Below are positions 58,027-64,000 of a DNA stretch of 64,000 nt, in pieces. A program made the translations under genes and the position numbers. How positions within the stretch are numbered: position 1 is the first letter of the stretch; every line of letters starts with the position of its first letter. The DNA comes from an uncultured bacterium. GTDB lineage: Bacteria; CSSED10-310; CAZUFC01. The notes under the pieces are model-generated. The model had not been told where the DNA came from. It searched no databases and worked only from the letters and a program-made list of their open reading frames with translations. Location of the stretch: NCBI GenBank assembly GCA_964619725.1, contig CAZUFC010000001.1, positions 96,001 through 160,000 on the forward strand, in the 5' to 3' direction.

Positions 58027-59629
58027 CAGGCGAAAGATTTTGATTTCCGAGAATTCTTAAAGCCTTCCATCCTTTTAATCGTTTTCTCCACGAATGGCCT
58101 TGTTTAGAAAGATAAAGAAAACGGGGATACACTCTCAACCCGGAAAAGACCCGAAGTTTTGGGTTCGAGGAGGGATTCTCGCCGGCAAAATAGTAATGTA
58201 AATTCAGTTCAGGATATTCCGGCTTGTTTTCACCGTCAAAAATGATGGCGGTGAATTTTTTCTGCCGGATGCTTTCCAGAATATCCTGCGGGAAATCCTG
58301 TTCATCATTTTTCAAAATGTCGATCAGACCCATCTGATGATAATGCTGGAAACGCTGAGCTTTGTATGTATAGAAGGGATGATGGGGAATCAGTGCAGGT
58401 CCGGGCAACGCGGCGATCTGTTCCAGGAAGTTTTCGCCTGTGCGGATATCCTTCAGGACAGGAATGACGTGATCAGGCGGGTAAAACAGTATAATATATT
58501 GAAAGATTAGAACTGCGGCTGCAGCAGCAACTGTTTTTTCAGCCGCCTTTTTATTATTCTTCAAAAAGAATTGAAAAACATTCCATCCTGCCAATCCCGT
58601 AAGCAGAGAGGCAAACCAGTAAGCAGGGATATAATTATATGCCCATCCGCCAGTGTTGGCTCTCAGCAGAATGCTTGTCATCGCTGCAGGAACGGCTGCA
58701 ATAATCCAGAAATTATTGGAATCAGGCTTTAAAAACCCCCGGGGACAATAAAAAAAACGTTGGAGTGACCAGACAAGACTGATGCTTACGGCTATCGGAA
58801 AAAAACCCGTCAGCTCTCGCGGGCTTTTGATGAAAAAAACATCCCAGAGAGTTTTTCGATGAGCCGGCACGAGGAACAGATAGTGAAAAAACCATCCGTC
58901 CGATTTGACATGATAATATGTAAAGGCTGCGCTGATGAAAAGCACTGCCGAACCCATGAAAACAAGGGCATTTCGTTTATTTGATATCCACAGCAAAAAG
59001 AACAGGAAAGGCAGAAAAGCCAGCGCAGGCTGTTTGGTCATAACCGCTGCCGTATAAGTTAAGGCGCTGAGTATCAGGCCGGTTTTCGTTTTTCCATGAT
59101 GCCGGATAAGATAGAATGTTAAAACAGTCAGAAACAAATAAAGCATATCGACTCTGGCCAGATCGTACCATAAAAGAGCGATCCCGTAACAGGCCGGAAA
59201 AAGAGAAGATGAAGCAAGCGACCAGAACAGAGAACGTGTTTCCTTGAACAGGATTTTAAGTAAAATCAGCCAGGCGGCTATAGAAGAAACAATCGATACG
59301 GAGCGGGCGATCCAATATTCCGCTCCGGTTATCTTCATCAGGCTGCCGATTATGACCATGTAAAGGGGAGGATAATTAGACGGAATAAATTCAAGAGAAG
59401 GGGGGCAATACAGCGGTTTATCCAGCATTACGCGGACGCCGTGCATCATGATCCACCCCTCCAGCCATTCCAGATCAAAGGGATAAGCGATTCGATGAGC
59501 CGTGGTATAACCCAGAAAAACCACAGCGGAAAATGAGGCGCCCAGCAGTATAAGACAGAAGACTCCGGAAACCGATAAAACGGGAATTCCTATTGATCGT
59601 TCAAAAAATGCGGGAATCCTCAAATTCAT
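58004..59629 (-). CDS. ArnT/PMT (GT39/GT83-like) membrane glycosyltransferase
   Basis: LEWLEG, YPPLY, ARVD, TKQ motifs; many TM helices. Confidence 0.75.
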   Translation of the reverse strand: MNLRIPAFFERSIGIPVLSVSGVFCLILLGASFSAVVFLGYTTAHRIAYPFDLEWLEGWIMMHGVRVMLDKPLYCPPSLEFIPSNYPPLYMVIIGSLMKITGAEYWIARSVSIVSSIAAWLILLKILFKETRSLFWSLASSSLFPACYGIALLWYDLARVDMLYLFLTVLTFYLIRHHGKTKTGLILSALTYTAAVMTKQPALAFLPFLFFLLWISNKRNALVFMGSAVLFISAAFTYYHVKSDGWFFHYLFLVPAHRKTLWDVFFIKSPRELTGFFPIAVSISLVWSLQRFFYCPRGFLKPDSNNFWIIAAVPAAMTSILLRANTGGWAYNYIPAYWFASLLTGLAGWNVFQFFLKNNKKAAEKTVAAAAAVLIFQYIILFYPPDHVIPVLKDIRTGENFLEQIAALPGPALIPHHPFYTYKAQRFQHYHQMGLIDILKNDEQDFPQDILESIRQKKFTAIIFDGENKPEYPELNLHYYFAGENPSSNPKLRVFSGLRVYPRFLYLSKQGHSWRKRLKGWKALRILGNQNLSPDEQDELH

Positions 59630-59726
59630 AGCAATTTCGCATCATACCCGCCTCGTTTGGATTAATCAATAAGTTTCGACCGGATGAGGCGTTATGGTCC
59701 CGCCACCGTCATTGCAAACGCTTTCC

Positions 59727-60983
59727 CTACAGGCGTTCCTCGTATGCCAGTTCAGTATTCCTCTTTTCGTGTTCCTGTTTCAGTTCGAGTATTTTCAAAT
59801 TTTTAGAGGCTTCTTCATGATCAGGATCAAGCTCAATCGCTTTCAAAAAAAATTTACGCGCCTCTCCTAGTTCGCCCTTGGCGAAAAAACTCATTCCCAA
59901 TCCGTTGAAAGCGCCGGGATTGTTTCTTCTGCGTCGGATAGACCGGCGAAAGTATTTGGCGGCCTTGTCGGGCTCATCTTGCCGCAAATGAACCATCCCG
60001 AGAAGAAAATTGTAATAATAGACCTGCTCGCCGTGTTTCAATGCCGCCCTGTAGTGTTCTTCAGCTTTTTTGAACCGGCCGTCTTTGTAATACAAATTGC
60101 CTATGTTGACGTGAGCTTCCGCGAAATCAGGATCATATTCGAGAGCTTTTCTCAAAGTCTTCAACGCTTTCTGATCCAAACCCTTATGAGTATAGGCGGC
60201 GCCCAGGTTGCTCCAGGCTTTCGCGAAATCGGGCTTGATCTTTAAGGCCACTTTGTAGAATTCAATGGAATCTCTGTCGCATAAGCCGTCTCCTGATCCG
60301 TTCAGAAAGTTCCGCGAACATTCATATCCAAGATTGTTAAAGAAGTTGGCCGCTGCTTCCAGATCATCGATCACTCTGTACCGGACATATTCCTTTCTCG
60401 GCTCCGAAGCGAAATCAATCAACGCGAATCCTGCATCATAAAAAAGACCTGCACATATATGGCTGCTGTGAACTATGACGTCTCCCTCATCAAATGTGCT
60501 GCTCAATTCATACACTTCTACGAATACGGCTTTCAAGCCTACTTCACGAGCCATAGCCACAAAAAGGTTCGTGAAAGACAGGCAATTCGCCGATCCGGTT
60601 TTCAATACGTCCATAGCGCTTCGCGTCGCCCAGCGATCATATTTCACGTTCAGATTCGCCATATCAATTATCGCGTCTACCAGCGTCACCGCTCGAGAAT
60701 AATCTGTCGTCTGATTATGGGTGATCATATTAGCCATCTCTTTTACTTCCGGTTCTATTTCAAACGGCACCTTGGCGATTTCCAGCTCATCCTCGTCCAG
60801 CCTCTCTTCCAGTATTCCCCATAGTTCCTTCGGTTTGTAAACCGACTTCTTGATCATGCAGCTCTGTGACAAAACGGCAATCAAAAAGAGCCAGAAAAAT
60901 ATTCTGACAAACGCCGGCCTTTCCTTGCCGGTTCCCGGATGAGACCGCAGTTTGCTTCTCAATTCTTTAAGAGCGATTTTCAT
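59727..60983 (-). CDS. Transglutaminase-like domain plus TPR repeat protein (possible lipoprotein)
   Basis: ANCLSF (Cys), HIC (His), LID (Asp) triad pattern; several TPRs; LSQSC lipobox-like site. Confidence 0.8.
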   Translation of the reverse strand: MKIALKELRSKLRSHPGTGKERPAFVRIFFWLFLIAVLSQSCMIKKSVYKPKELWGILEERLDEDELEIAKVPFEIEPEVKEMANMITHNQTTDYSRAVTLVDAIIDMANLNVKYDRWATRSAMDVLKTGSANCLSFTNLFVAMAREVGLKAVFVEVYELSSTFDEGDVIVHSSHICAGLFYDAGFALIDFASEPRKEYVRYRVIDDLEAAANFFNNLGYECSRNFLNGSGDGLCDRDSIEFYKVALKIKPDFAKAWSNLGAAYTHKGLDQKALKTLRKALEYDPDFAEAHVNIGNLYYKDGRFKKAEEHYRAALKHGEQVYYYNFLLGMVHLRQDEPDKAAKYFRRSIRRRRNNPGAFNGLGMSFFAKGELGEARKFFLKAIELDPDHEEASKNLKILELKQEHEKRNTELAYEERL

Positions 60984-61295
60984 AATTGCATCGCCCTCCT
61001 CTCAATATTATTTTAGCCGGTTTCGAAGCTGAAACAAAAACTGCCTGTCGCCCTCGTTTCTTAATACAACTTTTTTATTGACTATGTTTCAAAAAAAAAA
61101 CGGTACAGCTTAATATGGTTGCGAAATGATATGATATGAAAAGAAGAAATTCCGCCTGACGCAGCATTAGGGGAAACTAGCGGTTTACGGATAAAAACGA
61201 TTTAGGTTGACATAACTTTCCGGCTTAGTTAGGTTTCGTTTGGAGAATGATATCACCTTTGTCAGGGTCGAAAACGAACCCGGAAAGGAGAAAAA

Positions 61296-61619
61296 ATGAG
61301 CGACGTGAAGTATATAACGGGAGATGAATTTAACGAAAAGGTCATTAATCAGAAAGAAACTGCTCTTCTGGATTTCTGGGCGGAATGGTGCGCGCCCTGT
61401 CAGATACTGACTCCTATCCTGAAAGAACTGTCGGCCGATTATGAAGGTAAAATCTCGATATACAAGGTGGACGTGGAAAAGGAAAGCGCTCTAGCCGCTC
61501 AATACGGCGTTGTGAATATCCCCACTCTGATATTATTCAAGGAGGGGGAAGAGGCGGAACGTCTGGTAGGGGTGGTTCCCAAGGCGAAAATAAAGAAAGC
61601 CGTCGACGAGAACGTTTGA
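61296..61619 (+). CDS. trxA: Thioredoxin
   Basis: DFWAEWCAPC, IPTLILFK. Confidence 0.95.
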   Translation: MSDVKYITGDEFNEKVINQKETALLDFWAEWCAPCQILTPILKELSADYEGKISIYKVDVEKESALAAQYGVVNIPTLILFKEGEEAERLVGVVPKAKIKKAVDENV

Positions 61620-61632
61620 AGAATATACGCCC

Positions 61633-62478
61633 ATGACTTGGTACAGCAAAGAGCGAAAAGCAAAAATAAACACCAGTTACGAACAAGTGACGCCTATACC
61701 GGAGGGACTCTGGGACAGGTGCGACAGTTGTAAAGGCATATATTTTCAGAAGGACTACGATAAGAATTTAAAAGTATGCCCCTTGTGCGGGGCTCATTCC
61801 AGGATATCAGCCGTTGAAAGATTGAATCAGTTATTTGACGGCGAATATGAATTGATGGATCAAAAATTATATTCGACTGATCCGCTGGAATTTACGGATA
61901 AGAAAAGTTACAAAGAACGACTGTCGACAGCTCAAAAAAAGACGGGAATTTCTGATGCCCTGATTTCGGCTCACGGCAAAGTAGGCGAAAGGCCGACGGT
62001 GATTTGCGCCCAGGAATTTTCCTTCATGGGCGGCAGTATGGGTTCGGTGGTAGGCGAACGGATAACCAGGGCCGTCGAATTCGCCATGCAGAAAAATATG
62101 CCCGTAATAATCGTTTCCTGCACCGGCGGCGCCCGCATGCAGGAGGGCATACTTTCGTTGATGCAGATGGCCAAAACGGCTGCAGTTCTGGGCCGATTCA
62201 AAAATAAAGGATTGCCCTACATTTCTGTGCTCGCTAATCCTTCGACCGCCGGTTGTCTGGCCAGCTTCGGGATGCTCGGCGACTTTATCCTGGCGGAACC
62301 AAAAGCGCTGATCGGTTTCGCCGGACCCCGCGTCATTGAACAGACCATACGCAAAAAACTCCCGGAAGGCTTTCAACGAGCAGAATTTTTATTGGAGCAC
62401 GGTATGGTGGACAGAGTCGTCGACAGGAGAGAGCTGAAAGAAGTTATCGTCAGATTATTTGAATACGCCATGGGTTAA
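61633..62478 (+). CDS. accD: Acetyl-CoA carboxylase carboxyltransferase beta subunit
   Basis: CDSC/CPLC zinc finger, FMGGSMGSVVGE, GGARMQEG, GFAGPRVIEQT. Confidence 0.95.
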   Translation: MTWYSKERKAKINTSYEQVTPIPEGLWDRCDSCKGIYFQKDYDKNLKVCPLCGAHSRISAVERLNQLFDGEYELMDQKLYSTDPLEFTDKKSYKERLSTAQKKTGISDALISAHGKVGERPTVICAQEFSFMGGSMGSVVGERITRAVEFAMQKNMPVIIVSCTGGARMQEGILSLMQMAKTAAVLGRFKNKGLPYISVLANPSTAGCLASFGMLGDFILAEPKALIGFAGPRVIEQTIRKKLPEGFQRAEFLLEHGMVDRVVDRRELKEVIVRLFEYAMG

Positions 62479-62531
62479 TTCTCGCTCCTCGAAAATCGCT
62501 TGTTTTTGCGATCTCGTGTGGATGTTTCTTA

Positions 62532-64000
62532 ATGATTAAAATAGGAAGGCCATCACCGAAAAAATTTTTTTTGCCTCTTTTTCTGGCCGGCTTGTTTTTT
62601 TGTTTTACAGGCCCTTCAAAAAAAACATGGGCGCAGGGATTATCCGCATCCGATCCGGCGGACGGCGAAAACCGTGACAGGATGTTTGAAGAATACAGAG
62701 ACAATCAATACCGCCGATCATTTACCGAAGAAGAACGGTTCAGACGTGAATTCCAGGAAAAAGCCGAACGACTGGAACGACTGGAAACCAAACGTTCACC
62801 CGTATATTTCGATGCGGAGGTTCAGGAATATATTGAAGAGGAGAACCTGTTCATTTTGACGGGAAATGCCCGCATTATGAAAGATGATTTCTCCCTGTCG
62901 GCCGACAAAATCATCATTAATGACTGGACTCAGGACTTGACTGCCGAAGGCGATGTTTTTATTAAATTCGGCGAAGATGAAATAACATGCGATATGGTTG
63001 AGTATAATTTTGAAACCAGACGGGGAAGGCTTTACAATTGCCGCGGCGTTTTGACTCCGAGCGTTTTCTTTGACTGTTCGCTTTTGGAAAAACTGGGTGA
63101 TTTTGAAAAAACCGGAACGCCGCAATATTACATGGAAAACGGGACTTTCACCTCGTGCAAAGGACCGGTTCCCGACTGGAAAATTACCAGTACTAAAGCT
63201 TTAGCTCGTCAGGAGCATTATTTACACCTGAACAATCCGATCTTATGGATCAACCGGCTGCCGGCGGTTTACTTTCCCTATTGGGTCTATCCGATCAAAA
63301 CGGAACGAGCGACGGGATTCCTGGTTCCCACTATAGCCTATAACGCCAATCTGGGATTCGTCATGATGAATGAATTTTTCTGGGTTCTGGCAGACAACGC
63401 AGACGTTACCTTCGGACTGGATTATTATTCTAAGACGGGATTGCGAGAGGATATAGATGCACGCTTTGCTTTCGATCATTTTTCCCGGGGAAGCTTTCAT
63501 TTCAAGCACATTGAAGAGAGGCAGTCCCTGAGGTCGGACAGACCTGCCAGTGAACGTTGGAGATTTAATTATTATCAGAACCATGAGTTCGGATGGAACG
63601 TTCGGGGCACGGCACACCTTAATTTCGTAAGCGATGAATATTTCGATCAAGATTACAACTGGCAGCTCGATTACATGACGCATAGGGACCTGGTTTCCGG
63701 ACTCTCATTAACTAAAACCTGGACCAGGGCTTCCATGACGATGGAAGCTGACTACACCAAGGACCTGGATGAAAACCTCCAGCGCGACCTTCAGCGCATA
63801 CCCAAAATTTATTATAACTCAGGACTTCAAAAAATCGGCAAAAGCATCTTACGCTATTTCTTCAACGCATCGTTTGAGAATCTTGTACAACAAGGGCTGG
63901 AATCGTACTACCGGGAACTGGACTATATAAACGACGTGCCGTCTGGCTCTTTACTGGTCAAAGATTACCTGGACATACAGACCTACCGGAGCCATCTTGT
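62532..64000 (+). CDS. lptD: LPS-assembly protein LptD (OstA), runs off the window end
   Basis: Absent from the ORF track. Manual translation from ATG 62532: signal peptide, GNARI..LSADKI..AEGDV (OstA domain), FTSC...PDW, YFPY..YP...RATGFLVP. Confidence 0.85.
   Translation, partial: MIKIGRPSPKKFFLPLFLAGLFFCFTGPSKKTWAQGLSASDPADGENRDRMFEEYRDNQYRRSFTEEERFRREFQEKAERLERLETKRSPVYFDAEVQEYIEEENLFILTGNARIMKDDFSLSADKIIINDWTQDLTAEGDVFIKFGEDEITCDMVEYNFETRRGRLYNCRGVLTPSVFFDCSLLEKLGDFEKTGTPQYYMENGTFTSCKGPVPDWKITSTKALARQEHYLHLNNPILWINRLPAVYFPYWVYPIKTERATGFLVPTIAYNANLGFVMMNEFFWVLADNADVTFGLDYYSKTGLREDIDARFAFDHFSRGSFHFKHIEERQSLRSDRPASERWRFNYYQNHEFGWNVRGTAHLNFVSDEYFDQDYNWQLDYMTHRDLVSGLSLTKTWTRASMTMEADYTKDLDENLQRDLQRIPKIYYNSGLQKIGKSILRYFFNASFENLVQQGLESYYRELDYINDVPSGSLLVKDYLDIQTYRSHL

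Overview
A 64-kb chromosomal window from an anaerobic diderm bacterium (lptD, accD, trxA, glgP, menG/ubiE). The style of its large Pro/Thr-linker exported proteins suggests a poorly characterised candidate lineage, but taxonomy cannot be fixed from this window. Main contents: (i) five large exported modular proteins (tandem beta-helix protein, two gingipain/C25-like proteases, a beta-propeller protein, a papain-fold C10/C39-like protease), three ending in a shared IPTL-CTERM-like sorting signal, plus three GT-C-fold membrane glycosyltransferases; (ii) a four-gene phosphorelay operon ending in an unusual Hpt-GspE/PilB ATPase-receiver fusion; (iii) a ~15-kb energy locus: rnfCDGEA-rnfB (RnfC lacks its flavin/NADH motifs, RnfB is fused to a GltD-like flavoprotein), a heme-c-motif sensor kinase, two receiver-GcvH-like fusion proteins and a group 3b-type [NiFe] hydrogenase operon; (iv) two kinds of small non-autonomous mobile repeats, one cutting short a PIN toxin gene; (v) a consensus sigma70 promoter pointing into a gap with no convincing ORF (candidate ncRNA). 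No rRNA, tRNA, CRISPR array, intact transposase or phage genes were recognised. All calls come from reading motifs by eye; no searches were run.
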